In this document: one piece after another, positions 19,298 to 27,705 of the stretch | Layout: each line of letters opens with the position of its first letter | Position numbering within the stretch: the stretch's first letter is position 1 | Virus record (IMG/VR): IMGVR_UViG_3300024046_000013 | Location: 1-38,950 of that record | Strand: one strand, 5' to 3' | From: a virus | Taxonomy: Duplodnaviria > Caudoviricetes | DNA length: 38,950 nt | The notes under the pieces: generated by a model | Databases searched by the model: none | What the model was told of the DNA's origin: nothing | What the model saw: the letters and a program-made list of their open reading frames with translations, nothing else | Made by a program: the position numbers and the translations under genes

Positions 19298-19627
19298 CTA
19301 GGTCATGCCGCTGTTGGGGTAGAGCGACTTCGGGTCGGCGCCGGTAGCCTGCGCCAGTTCCATGTCCGTGATCTGCAGCGAGATCGACAGGTCCTTGCCT
19401 TCCTGGTTCTCGTACTGCGACGTGTTGGTGACTTCGACCTGTGCGTGCAGCACCATCTTCGTGCCCGGCTGGGGCAGCGCGGTGATGCCCAGCTTGGCGA
19501 GGGATTTGTCGTCGAGGGACACGGACAGCCCGTAGGGGTACGCCGGTTGTTCGGGTTCGCCGCCGCAGCACGCCCCGCCGTTCACCTGCTTGGCCTCTTC
19601 GGGCGTCAATTTCATGCTGATCATCAT
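19298..19627 (-). CDS. Capsid staple protein, epsilon15 gp10-like
   Basis: YPYGLSVSLDDKSLAKLG...LP..G...LQITDMEL pattern resembles epsilon15 gp10 as recalled. Confidence 0.75.
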   Translation of the reverse strand: MMISMKLTPEEAKQVNGGACCGGEPEQPAYPYGLSVSLDDKSLAKLGITALPQPGTKMVLHAQVEVTNTSQYENQEGKDLSISLQITDMELAQATGADPKSLYPNSGMT

Positions 19628-19641
19628 GGTTCGATCCTCGG

Positions 19642-21309
19642 TCAGGAATAGCCCGCGAAGGCCTGCGTGGCGTCGGTGAGCGCGCTTTGCTTGGACGTAT
19701 CGATGCCGCCAAGCTTCTGCGCCGCATCCGCGCCCTGTTGAAGCATCGCCATGCGTTGTGCATCCTGCTGGGCCTGCGCGCGCTGCTGGCGGACCAGCAC
19801 CACCTTGTCACCCGGCACGATCAGTTCCGGATCCACGCCCAGCTGGTCGGCGTAGCTGTCGGCCCACCGGTCGGCGTCGAACTTGTCCAGGACGTCGGGC
19901 TTCATCTGCGCGATGGTGCCCAGGCTCATGACGTAGCGGTCTACGCTGCGGGTGGCCACCGCGCGCTGCGCCTGGGCCAGCACCGAGATGTATTCCACCG
20001 ACAGCTCACGGCCCTGCAATTCGTCAGGCGGCGGGGGCAGGATGCGCGCTTCCATCATGTTGATGAAGGTGGCGTCCACCAGGGGATCCAGGGCCTCGTT
20101 GTGAAGCCGCTCGATGACCGGGCCCATCATGAGCAGCTTTTCCTCGTGGCGCTCAGCCACTTCGGTGGCCGTCATGTTGTGCGTGTCCATGTTGGCCAGC
20201 ATCATGAACAGGTCGACGTAGAACGAACTGTTGATGCGGTCGCGCACGTCCTGGATGTCCAGCAGCAGGTGGTCCAGTCTCAGATTCACGTCGAACGCCG
20301 ATCGGATGCCGCCAGTCGGGGACGCCATGTCCACGTAGGTCAGCCCGCCGGGGAGCAGGTCCGTGGCCTGGTGCTTGAGGTTCGTCGGCACCTGCAGGGG
20401 CGGATTGGTCATGTAGTCGATGCCCTGCGACTTGCGCAGCTGCTCCTGCTGCAACTGTTTGATGTCGCCCAGGGCCTCCATGGCCGGGGAATCCCCGTAT
20501 ACGTTGCCGCTGCCTTTTTCCCATCGTGGAGCCACGACAGGGAAACGGCGATAGCCCGACTCGCGCAGGAACCGGTCTTCGTTGGAGCCCACCTCGAAAT
20601 AGCACGACTTCCAGGGCATATTCCTGGCGTCGCGCTTTCCCGGATCTCGGTCGGACCGAGGCTCGATGACGTGCATGACCGGCACCCAGGTATCCAGCGC
20701 CCCGCGGTCGAACAGGTTGCGCACGGTGACGCTGACGCTGTCCTTGGGGAACCTGCCCAGCAGCTGGGCGACCGTCATCTGGAACTCGCGGTACAGGCAG
20801 TTCACCTCGCCTCGATCGTCCACGGCCAGCGCGTATTCGCCTGCCGTGAGCGGGTCGTTGTGGATGACGTTCCTGAAATCGGACTGGATGATGTTGCACC
20901 CGGTGCCGAACGCGCCCAGCTCCTTGTAGATCGTGTGCAGGGCCAGATAGGTATTCGACTTGGCGAACACCATGAGCATCAGCCGCGAGACATCGGCCAG
21001 CCAGCGCTTGACGTTGGCCGACTCGTCCAGTTCCGGGTCGGACGTCGTGAGCCGGACCCACGGACGCGCGGGGCTGGTCATGCCCGACATGAGCCCGGCC
21101 GGCAGAATGCGCATGGCGCGCGTACCGGTGTTGTCGAGGATGGAGTTGCAACGTCGCGCGTGCCGGTTGCCGTCGGTGACGAAGAACCGCCCCGAGCGCG
21201 GCAGCACGTATTCGCTGATGTCGCGCCAGTCCTCGAACCAGGAGGACCGCTCGGTCTTGAGCGACTCCCATCGCTGCTGCATCCGCTGGCGGGGTGTGAC
21301 TTCTGCCAT
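19642..21309 (-). CDS. Portal (head-tail connector)
   Basis: GLMSGMTSPARPW, FGTG, VYGDSPAMEALGDIKQLQ, MTATEVAERHEEKL motifs. Confidence 0.95.
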   Translation of the reverse strand: MAEVTPRQRMQQRWESLKTERSSWFEDWRDISEYVLPRSGRFFVTDGNRHARRCNSILDNTGTRAMRILPAGLMSGMTSPARPWVRLTTSDPELDESANVKRWLADVSRLMLMVFAKSNTYLALHTIYKELGAFGTGCNIIQSDFRNVIHNDPLTAGEYALAVDDRGEVNCLYREFQMTVAQLLGRFPKDSVSVTVRNLFDRGALDTWVPVMHVIEPRSDRDPGKRDARNMPWKSCYFEVGSNEDRFLRESGYRRFPVVAPRWEKGSGNVYGDSPAMEALGDIKQLQQEQLRKSQGIDYMTNPPLQVPTNLKHQATDLLPGGLTYVDMASPTGGIRSAFDVNLRLDHLLLDIQDVRDRINSSFYVDLFMMLANMDTHNMTATEVAERHEEKLLMMGPVIERLHNEALDPLVDATFINMMEARILPPPPDELQGRELSVEYISVLAQAQRAVATRSVDRYVMSLGTIAQMKPDVLDKFDADRWADSYADQLGVDPELIVPGDKVVLVRQQRAQAQQDAQRMAMLQQGADAAQKLGGIDTSKQSALTDATQAFAGYS

Positions 21310-21315
21310 GGCGCG

Positions 21316-21654
21316 TCACTGCCCCAGCAGGGTGTTCTTGCCTAGCTGCAGGGCGGTGGGGTCGATGCCCTGGGGCCCGGTCAGCATGGTGCCGGAGGCG
21401 CCCGCCTTGCCGGCCTGCTGCGCGGCGCTCAGGATGCCAGCCACGTCGGGCTGCTTCTGGTTCGCGCGGTTCGTGGCTTCTTCCGCTTGCCGCGTCTGCT
21501 CGGCGACCGCATTCGCCTGCTGGTTCGCCGATCGTTTGGCTTGATCGGCGGCCCGACTGGCGGATTTCTTCTGCTCGATGCCGTTGTAGATGGCCGCGCC
21601 AGCACTGGCGACAGCGGCGACAGCGGCGATGGTGGTGGCTCCTGACACGATCAA
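21316..21654 (-). CDS. Small Ala/Gln-rich virion-associated protein upstream of the portal
   Basis: Hydrophobic Ala-rich N-terminus; C-terminal TMLTGPQG...LGKNTLLG motif typical of pre-portal genes; start may be GTG 21648. Confidence 0.7.
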   Translation of the reverse strand: MIVSGATTIAAVAAVASAGAAIYNGIEQKKSASRAADQAKRSANQQANAVAEQTRQAEEATNRANQKQPDVAGILSAAQQAGKAGASGTMLTGPQGIDPTALQLGKNTLLGQ

Positions 21655-22109
21655 TTCTCCGTGATGCGAACCTGGTTGAGGTCCTGGTAGCGGCGGGACA
21701 TCAAAAGTCCCACCTCATCGGTAAATTCGGCCTCCGCCTCTTCGACGGACCCGGCCTGGGTGGGGAAAAGCATGGTGATGTCCGTGTCCGTTCGGGTGAC
21801 GAACACCTGCTTGCGCCCGGCGCCGCCCGGCAGCACGCGATACCCGATCAGATCGATGGACTCCTCGCCCGCGTAGACCGTGCAGTCTCCGGACACGATG
21901 ACGATGGTGGGCACGCGAATCAGCGCCCCGGTCAGTACCATGCCGGCCGGAACATGGATCGTGCGGGCGTACATGCCGGCGTGGATCAGGTGATCCGTTT
22001 CGACCACGACCTGAGGGCAGTGGCCGACCACATCTTCGAGGCAGCGCACCCTGTCCACGGCGTCGGCGGACATCGGCGGCAGGCTCGCCGCACGCGCTGC
22101 GGGGATCAT
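21651..22109 (-). CDS. Cupin-like beta-barrel protein (152 aa)
   Basis: PQV...HLIHAGMYARTIHVPAGMVLTG...VSGDCTV...AGRKQV; ATG 22109 overlaps the GNAT stop (ATGA). Confidence 0.65.
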   Translation of the reverse strand: MIPAARAASLPPMSADAVDRVRCLEDVVGHCPQVVVETDHLIHAGMYARTIHVPAGMVLTGALIRVPTIVIVSGDCTVYAGEESIDLIGYRVLPGGAGRKQVFVTRTDTDITMLFPTQAGSVEEAEAEFTDEVGLLMSRRYQDLNQVRITEN

Positions 22110-22567
22110 GTCTGCCCCCGGAAAAACACGCAGTTCGTTTCGCGGTACCCCATGCCGGGCAGCACGCGCTCCAGGCGACCGCCCACAGGGGCCGTCACGT
22201 ACAGGCCGCTGGCCCCCGCTTCGGCCGCCAGGGCCTCGGCCGCGCGCAGCAGCTGCAGGCCGGCGCCCCCGGCGCGGTGCGCCTGGGCCACGAACAGCGT
22301 CTCGGTGGACGCGAGCACCCGGCCAGCGAAGTGAGGAACAGGCGTGATCAACACCGCGCACAGGCCCACCAGTTCGCCGTCCATGAACACGCCCAGCGGC
22401 CGCATGAGACCCGCGTTGACCATGTTCGTGTAGGCCTCGCGGCTGGGTGGCGTACCCATCAAGCCGGGGTCGCGCGCAGACTCCTCGCGGTACTCGTCGC
22501 ACAGGGCGACGAACATCGGGGAGTCGAACGCTTCGTCTACGGTGATGGGGCGGACAACGGGCTTCAT
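22106..22567 (-). CDS. GNAT-family N-acetyltransferase
   Basis: Motif A LFVAQAHRAGGAGLQLLRAAE; DGELVG strand; C-terminal MGYRE. Confidence 0.85.
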   Translation of the reverse strand: MKPVVRPITVDEAFDSPMFVALCDEYREESARDPGLMGTPPSREAYTNMVNAGLMRPLGVFMDGELVGLCAVLITPVPHFAGRVLASTETLFVAQAHRAGGAGLQLLRAAEALAAEAGASGLYVTAPVGGRLERVLPGMGYRETNCVFFRGQT

Positions 22568-22573
22568 TGCGCA

Positions 22574-22606
22574 AGTATCTGCGCGTGATCCCGAGATACG
22601 CGCACC
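22574..22606 (-). promoter_or_regulatory. Putative late promoter (copy 4), leaderless, upstream of GNAT-cupin-portal genes
   Basis: GGTGCGCGTATC (22606-22595), 15 nt, GATACT (22579-22574), 6 nt, ATG 22567. Confidence 0.72.
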
Positions 22607-24220
22607 CTACCGGCGCCGGGCGAAGGGGTCGTAGGATCGGCGGCTCTGAGTGGCCCCCATCGCCTCAATGTCAGAGCGGCGCGGCGTGTCGATCAGGGCG
22701 AGGATGTAGGCCGTGCCCCGATCGGGCGATCCCCCGATGCGCTTCACGATGTCCTCGCGGCTTTCCACCTGGATCGCCGCGCCTTTCAGCTTCCACGTCG
22801 GCGCGCACAGATCCGCCTTCAGCTGCTCATCCGGCGGCAGGCAGGCGCCGGTGTTGTTCGCCGGATCCAGCGCCTCGCGCATGCGCCACCACAGCTGGCT
22901 GCGCAGGTTGGCGAACCGCAGCCGGCCGGATCTGTCCGTGCCCGTGGCTGCCTCGGCCACGTTGACGCCGATGACCTGCTGGCCAGCATCGCGCAGGAAG
23001 TCGTAGGGGCTGGATCCCACGCCGATGACGTCCAGGTGGATGGGCGCCTGGTCGCGCCGGGCGGCGATGACCAGACCCGCCACGGTCGGCCCGTCTGGCG
23101 TGTCCGCGCCGGGATAGCTCAGCGGCGTGTCGAACCACATGCCGTGGCGCCGGGCGATGTCGGTCTTGTCGCGGCCGCCGCGCGCCACGTCCACCCCCAC
23201 GGAATCCATGGCAGGCAGCCTGTCCGGCCGGCGCCAGCGCGCCATGGCGGCCTCCACCCACTTGGTCGGGATGACCTGCCAGGGATCGTCCTGGATGCCG
23301 GCGTTGAAGTCGCCATAGAGCATTTGGCTGCGCAGTGGCTCAGGCAAGGCCTGCAGGGTGGTGATGTACCCCGAATCGACGTAGTAGGGGTTGTCCGTCA
23401 CCCGAGCGGGGATGAATGTGCGGGACTTGGGGTGGATGATGTCTTCCGGGCTGTAGTCCGCCGGGTCAAAGTCGTAGACGATTCGACCCTCTATCAGCAC
23501 GAAGGGGGCACCCGATAGCGGGGTGCCGTCCGAATCCACCCACGTGTCGCGCGCACCACCATGACCATCCGGCAGCATGGCGGCCCAGCGCAGCGCGCCG
23601 GGAGCAGTGGGATACAGGGGATGCCCCTTATCCAGCCAGGGGCCGAAAAAGTCGATCACCCACCGCCCGTCGTTCGTGGTGGGCGGGTTGAAGGTCATGA
23701 GCACGCGCGACCGCTGACCCTGCTTGTTGGTGCGGTTCCAGCCCATGACGAAACGCACCTGCTGCTCGCGCATCTCGGTGACTTCGTCGAACACCTTCAG
23801 GTCGTGCGGTCGGCCCTGCCACCGTCGCTCGTCGCCGGGATTGTCCAGTCCCGCCAATTCACACAGAGCGCCTTCTGGCAATCTCCAGATGCCCTTCTGG
23901 GAGTTGTAGCCGTCAGAGGTCTTCAGGACCTCCTGCATGCGCTGCACGAAGCCTTCGGTCTGTGCTTTCTCGCGTCTGGCAAACAAAGTCCGGTCATGGC
24001 CGGTGATCGTCAAGCCCACGGCCAGATCGGTCTTGCCGCCTCCAGCGGACCCGCCAAACCCCACGATGTCGGCGGCCGATTCGTATGCCGTGAGCTGCGG
24101 GCCCGGCAAGGGTCGCCACGGCACGGGGTCATCGGCCAGCAGCTTGTCGATCTCGGCCAATTCGGCCGGCGTCATGTATGCCATCGCGGCCTTGATCTCT
24201 GCAACAGAGGGGGCGGTCAC
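22607..24220 (-). CDS. terL: Terminase large subunit
   Basis: Walker A GGSAGGGKT, Walker B VFDE, TFNP coupling motif, nuclease GVDVARGGRD and SPD; GTG start at 24220 overlaps the terS stop. Confidence 0.93.
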   Translation of the reverse strand: MTAPSVAEIKAAMAYMTPAELAEIDKLLADDPVPWRPLPGPQLTAYESAADIVGFGGSAGGGKTDLAVGLTITGHDRTLFARREKAQTEGFVQRMQEVLKTSDGYNSQKGIWRLPEGALCELAGLDNPGDERRWQGRPHDLKVFDEVTEMREQQVRFVMGWNRTNKQGQRSRVLMTFNPPTTNDGRWVIDFFGPWLDKGHPLYPTAPGALRWAAMLPDGHGGARDTWVDSDGTPLSGAPFVLIEGRIVYDFDPADYSPEDIIHPKSRTFIPARVTDNPYYVDSGYITTLQALPEPLRSQMLYGDFNAGIQDDPWQVIPTKWVEAAMARWRRPDRLPAMDSVGVDVARGGRDKTDIARRHGMWFDTPLSYPGADTPDGPTVAGLVIAARRDQAPIHLDVIGVGSSPYDFLRDAGQQVIGVNVAEAATGTDRSGRLRFANLRSQLWWRMREALDPANNTGACLPPDEQLKADLCAPTWKLKGAAIQVESREDIVKRIGGSPDRGTAYILALIDTPRRSDIEAMGATQSRRSYDPFARRR

Positions 24221-24744
24221 GACGCCTCCGCTGAGTCCTGCTCGCTCTGGGACGATTCGGCCCGTTTCTGGGCCGCAGCGACCAGAGCGGCCAGTTTTGC
24301 AGCGCGCTCGGTATCGCTGATCTGCACCGGACCGCCGTCGGCGCCGGTCAGTTCCATGCTGGTTTTGTCGCCGTACCGCTTCGGGGCCAGCTTGGACAGG
24401 TACCACTTCCTGGTATCCACCTGGAGCCTACGATGGCCCAGCATATCCTCGCGGACTTCCTTGATCCCATCCTTGCTCTTCTCGATCCGGACGCCCTCCA
24501 TTGGGGTGTCGGCGATGGCCAGCGTCTCGTCGGCCAACACGTCGAGCCCAATGTCCCTGGCTCTTGCGTATTGCGCATAAAAACCTTCTACGTCGTCTCG
24601 GGCCCACACGCGGATCGTTGCTTCGCTTGGCATCCCTTTGCCCCGGCAAATAGCGCGCAGCGACTCGCCCGCAGCCAGGCGCGCGCAGATCGCAGCGGCC
24701 AGGGCTGGGGTGTACTTCGAGGGGCGACCGGGAGACTTCTTCAT
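24217..24744 (-). CDS. terS: Terminase small subunit, Sf6 gp1-like
   Basis: GRPSKYTP...IC.RLA.GESLRAIC..GMPS.ATI..W and RLQVDTRKWYLSKLAPKRYGDK..LTGADGGPV. Confidence 0.9.
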   Translation of the reverse strand: MKKSPGRPSKYTPALAAAICARLAAGESLRAICRGKGMPSEATIRVWARDDVEGFYAQYARARDIGLDVLADETLAIADTPMEGVRIEKSKDGIKEVREDMLGHRRLQVDTRKWYLSKLAPKRYGDKTSMELTGADGGPVQISDTERAAKLAALVAAAQKRAESSQSEQDSAEAS

Positions 24745-25007
24745 GCCCCCACCTTACCGCCCGAACTCGTTGACACGCGCACCCAGCGTGACGCCACCTG
24801 GGCTCGACGCTGGTACCGGCAAATGTCCGCGACGGTCGACTTGCTGATCTCGAACTTTTTGGCCAGCAGCGAATACGACATGCCATCCACCTCATGCAGA
24901 GTGCGGATCAACTCGACCTCCCGGTCCGTGAGTTTCGCATTGGCATGGTCCTCACCCACTCGGTATCCGAGGTCGTTGACGCCAACCATCCGCATGGCCT
25001 TCTCCAT
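24741..25007 (-). CDS. Small HTH DNA-binding protein (88 aa), candidate late activator
   Basis: GEDHANAKLTDREVELIR...MSYSLLAKKFEISKSTVADIC HTH; last gene before terS; start 25007 or 24995. Confidence 0.75.
   Translation of the reverse strand: MEKAMRMVGVNDLGYRVGEDHANAKLTDREVELIRTLHEVDGMSYSLLAKKFEISKSTVADICRYQRRAQVASRWVRVSTSSGGKVGA
24751..24783 (-). promoter_or_regulatory. Putative late promoter (copy 5), leaderless, upstream of terS, inside the 3' end of the HTH gene
   Basis: GGTGCGCGTGTC (24783-24772), 15 nt, TAAGGT (24756-24751), 6 nt, ATG 24744. Confidence 0.72.
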
Positions 25008-25183
25008 CACTGCGGCGGTGCCCTGAAATACTGCGGATACTTCAGCCGCACAGCCTGAACCGCGTGATCGATGGCCTTGGCCCTGGCCATGCGATCCCCG
25101 GGCGGTATCGGGGTGCTGGCCGCTCGGCGCAGCATCAGTACCGCTTCCTCTGGAAGGGTGTGGCAAATGACTGGCGTCTTCAC
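25007..25183 (-). CDS. Hypothetical protein (58 aa)
   Basis: GTG 25183 overlaps the rusA stop, GGAGGA SD, stop overlaps the HTH start; VKTPVICHTLP...VRLKYPQYFR. Confidence 0.55.
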   Translation of the reverse strand: MKTPVICHTLPEEAVLMLRRAASTPIPPGDRMARAKAIDHAVQAVRLKYPQYFRAPPQ

Positions 25184-25773
25184 GTATCCTCCGCGAACAA
25201 ACCCGCCCGGGAAGCAGGCACGGTGATCTTCCAGATGCTGACCTCGATCCTGGCTTTGCCGTCCGGCTCTGCACGTTCGGCCTGGATTTTCCGCACCCAC
25301 GCGTCGTCCTCGAACGCCACACCCTTGAGGGCGTCGAGCAAGGCCTTCTGGGCGTTGTCCAGGTCGATGCATTGGACGGTGTCCTGCCAGGCCTCGCCCA
25401 GCTTTCGCATGCGGGTGCGGTAGTCTTGGGGGCGGTTCGGGTACAGCGTGTACGCGATGCCGATGCGCCCCTGAAGGGGGTTCCGGACGCCGGCGCCACG
25501 CAGCAGCCAGTGGACGGACTCCCTGAACTGCTTTCCGTCTTTGCTGACGTAGGTCTGAATTCCACCCCTGGGCATGGCGCGGTGGCGCCAGTACCGGTTC
25601 GCGCTGGGCGGGTAGGGCAGCACCAGGGTGATTTCCGGCCGGCTGTCTTGGGCTGCGCACGGGCAGAACGGCGCGGCGCAGCCCTTGCTGTCGTCGCACA
25701 TCGCGGGGCGGCTGGCGAGGGCGCGCAGATCGTCCTGGGCCAGCGGCGGGAATGCGAGGTCTTCGAGGGTCAT
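25180..25773 (-). CDS. rusA: RusA-family Holliday junction resolvase
   Basis: LPYPPSANRYWR and DLDNAQKALLDALKGVAFEDDAWV catalytic motif; start ATG 25773. Confidence 0.9.
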   Translation of the reverse strand: MTLEDLAFPPLAQDDLRALASRPAMCDDSKGCAAPFCPCAAQDSRPEITLVLPYPPSANRYWRHRAMPRGGIQTYVSKDGKQFRESVHWLLRGAGVRNPLQGRIGIAYTLYPNRPQDYRTRMRKLGEAWQDTVQCIDLDNAQKALLDALKGVAFEDDAWVRKIQAERAEPDGKARIEVSIWKITVPASRAGLFAEDT

Positions 25774-26324
25774 TCCATCTCCAGGTACGGCCGGATTTCT
25801 TCGATGATCCCCAGCATGGTTTCGGCGCGGCGCTGGCGCCAGAATTCTTCCTGGGCCTCCGGCGACCATTCAGGAAAATCGTCCGGGCGCTCCATGACGC
25901 GATTGCAGCGCCAGCCGGGAGCGCGCCAGACCTTCCAGCCCAGGTCACGCAGGATCGCGTCCCGGCGGGCATCCTTGGCTTCGTCGTGCCATTGGGCGCC
26001 GTCGCATTCCAGGGCGATCTTGGCGATGGGGTTGCCGAAGTCCACGAAGAAGCGGTCGACCGGCAGCTGCGGCCACAACGGCAGACCGCCGCAGCGGATG
26101 TCGTGCCAGGTCGCGGCCTCGATGGGCGTGAAGATGGAAACCCAGTCGCCTATCGCGTACTGATTCGTCCCCATCCAGGATTCGAACCCGGCATCGACCA
26201 GTTGCTGAAACAGTGCGTAGTTGTGCCGAATGCGACGGAACCGCTCGGAGAGGTCCAGGCCGCTGTGCAGCCGCTGGAATTGCTTGCCTTCCATGAATCG
26301 GTTCAGTGCGTGCAGTTGTTCCAT
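25770..26324 (-). CDS. DUF559/Vsr-like endonuclease-domain protein
   Basis: TPIE...PQLPVDRFFVDF...IALECDGAQWH...DARRDAILRDLGWKVWR; start ATG 26324. Confidence 0.82.
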   Translation of the reverse strand: MEQLHALNRFMEGKQFQRLHSGLDLSERFRRIRHNYALFQQLVDAGFESWMGTNQYAIGDWVSIFTPIEAATWHDIRCGGLPLWPQLPVDRFFVDFGNPIAKIALECDGAQWHDEAKDARRDAILRDLGWKVWRAPGWRCNRVMERPDDFPEWSPEAQEEFWRQRRAETMLGIIEEIRPYLEME

Positions 26325-26325
26325 G

Positions 26326-27705
26326 TCAGTCCTTGAAGCCTTGATGGCGCGGGGTGGTTGTGCGGATCGCCGGGGCCTGACCGATGAAGTTCTCAAACCT
26401 CATCTGCTCACCCAGGTAGGTCAGCGGGCACCGGCCGGGCTTGCCCTGGCGGTTTTTCATGATGAAAACCTCGGCGTATCCACGGTTATCCGTGTCTGGA
26501 TTGTCCTGCTCTTCCCGATACAGGCCCAGCAGGATGTCGCTGTCCTGCTCGATGGATCCGCTGTCACGGAAGTCCGACAGGACCGGGCGCTTGTTCGGGC
26601 GCCGCTCGATGTCCCGGCCGAACTGGCTCAGGGCCAGCACGGCGATGTTCAGCGTCTTGGCCAGGATCTTCAGCCCTTTGGTGATGGCTTCGATCTGCTG
26701 GTAGCGCTTTTCCTCGGTGCCGGTCATGAGTTGCAGGTAGTCCACCACCAGCAGGTCCAAGCCGGACTTGCGCTTCACGGCCCGGGCCTTGGTGGCGACC
26801 TGGAGCAGGGACAGGCCGGGCTCGTCATCGACGAAGAGCGCCGTTTTTTCCAGCGCCTGGGCGGCGCGCGTGACGCGATCCCAGCTGTCCGCGTGCGGCG
26901 TGCGTCCGTCGGCGCGCGCCAGCGTGGCCGCCGAAACCTTGCCGACGCTGGCAATCGCCCGTTCGGTGACCTCGGATTCCGGCATTTCCATGGACAGGAA
27001 CAGGACTCCAAAGCCGGCCAGAGCGGCATTCAGCGCGATGGTTTCCCCCAGGGCGGACTTGCCCATGCCGGGTCGGGCTCCCAGCGTCACCAGGGCGCCG
27101 CGGCGGATGCCGCCGTTCAGGAACGTGTCCAGGTCCACCAGGCCGGTCGGGATGCCGGGGTTCTTCGACTCGCCCATGAACCGGCGGTCCAGGTCGTGCA
27201 CGTAGCGGCCCAGGGCCTCGCGGATGCTGGCCGGCTCTTTGCGGGTCGTGGATTCTGCAAGCCGGCCGAATTCTGCCTGGGCGGCGTCCAGCTTCTCGGC
27301 CGGTGTGAGCGTGCCGGAAACAATGTCGTGGACCTTGTGTGCAGCCTGCAGCATGCCGCGCAGCAGCGCCTTTTCCCGGACGATTTCCGCGTACCGGCCG
27401 ATGTTCGCAGCGCTGGGCGTGTTCGTCATCAGGTCGTTCAGGTGCCGGATGTCGGCTTCCTGGCCGGCGGCTCGGATCGAGTCGAACACGGTCAGCACGT
27501 CGGCCGGCTTCTGCTGAGAGATCAGGCGCTGGATGTGGTCGAAGATCAGGCCGTGGGCGTGGACGTAGAACTGATCCCGGCGCAGGTCTCCAACGCGGTC
27601 GATCGCTTCGTTGTCCAGCAGCAGGCCGCCCAGCACCGCCTGCTCGGCGTCCAGGCTTTGCGGCGGGGCCGCGGCGAATTCTTCGGGCTCGTAGGGCGCG
27701 TTCAT
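26326..27705 (-). CDS. dnaB: Replicative DNA helicase, DnaB family
   Basis: AEQAVLGGLL N-terminus, Walker A GARPGMGKS, VVDYLQL, DSGSIEQDSD, KNRQG. Confidence 0.96.
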   Translation of the reverse strand: MNAPYEPEEFAAAPPQSLDAEQAVLGGLLLDNEAIDRVGDLRRDQFYVHAHGLIFDHIQRLISQQKPADVLTVFDSIRAAGQEADIRHLNDLMTNTPSAANIGRYAEIVREKALLRGMLQAAHKVHDIVSGTLTPAEKLDAAQAEFGRLAESTTRKEPASIREALGRYVHDLDRRFMGESKNPGIPTGLVDLDTFLNGGIRRGALVTLGARPGMGKSALGETIALNAALAGFGVLFLSMEMPESEVTERAIASVGKVSAATLARADGRTPHADSWDRVTRAAQALEKTALFVDDEPGLSLLQVATKARAVKRKSGLDLLVVDYLQLMTGTEEKRYQQIEAITKGLKILAKTLNIAVLALSQFGRDIERRPNKRPVLSDFRDSGSIEQDSDILLGLYREEQDNPDTDNRGYAEVFIMKNRQGKPGRCPLTYLGEQMRFENFIGQAPAIRTTTPRHQGFKD

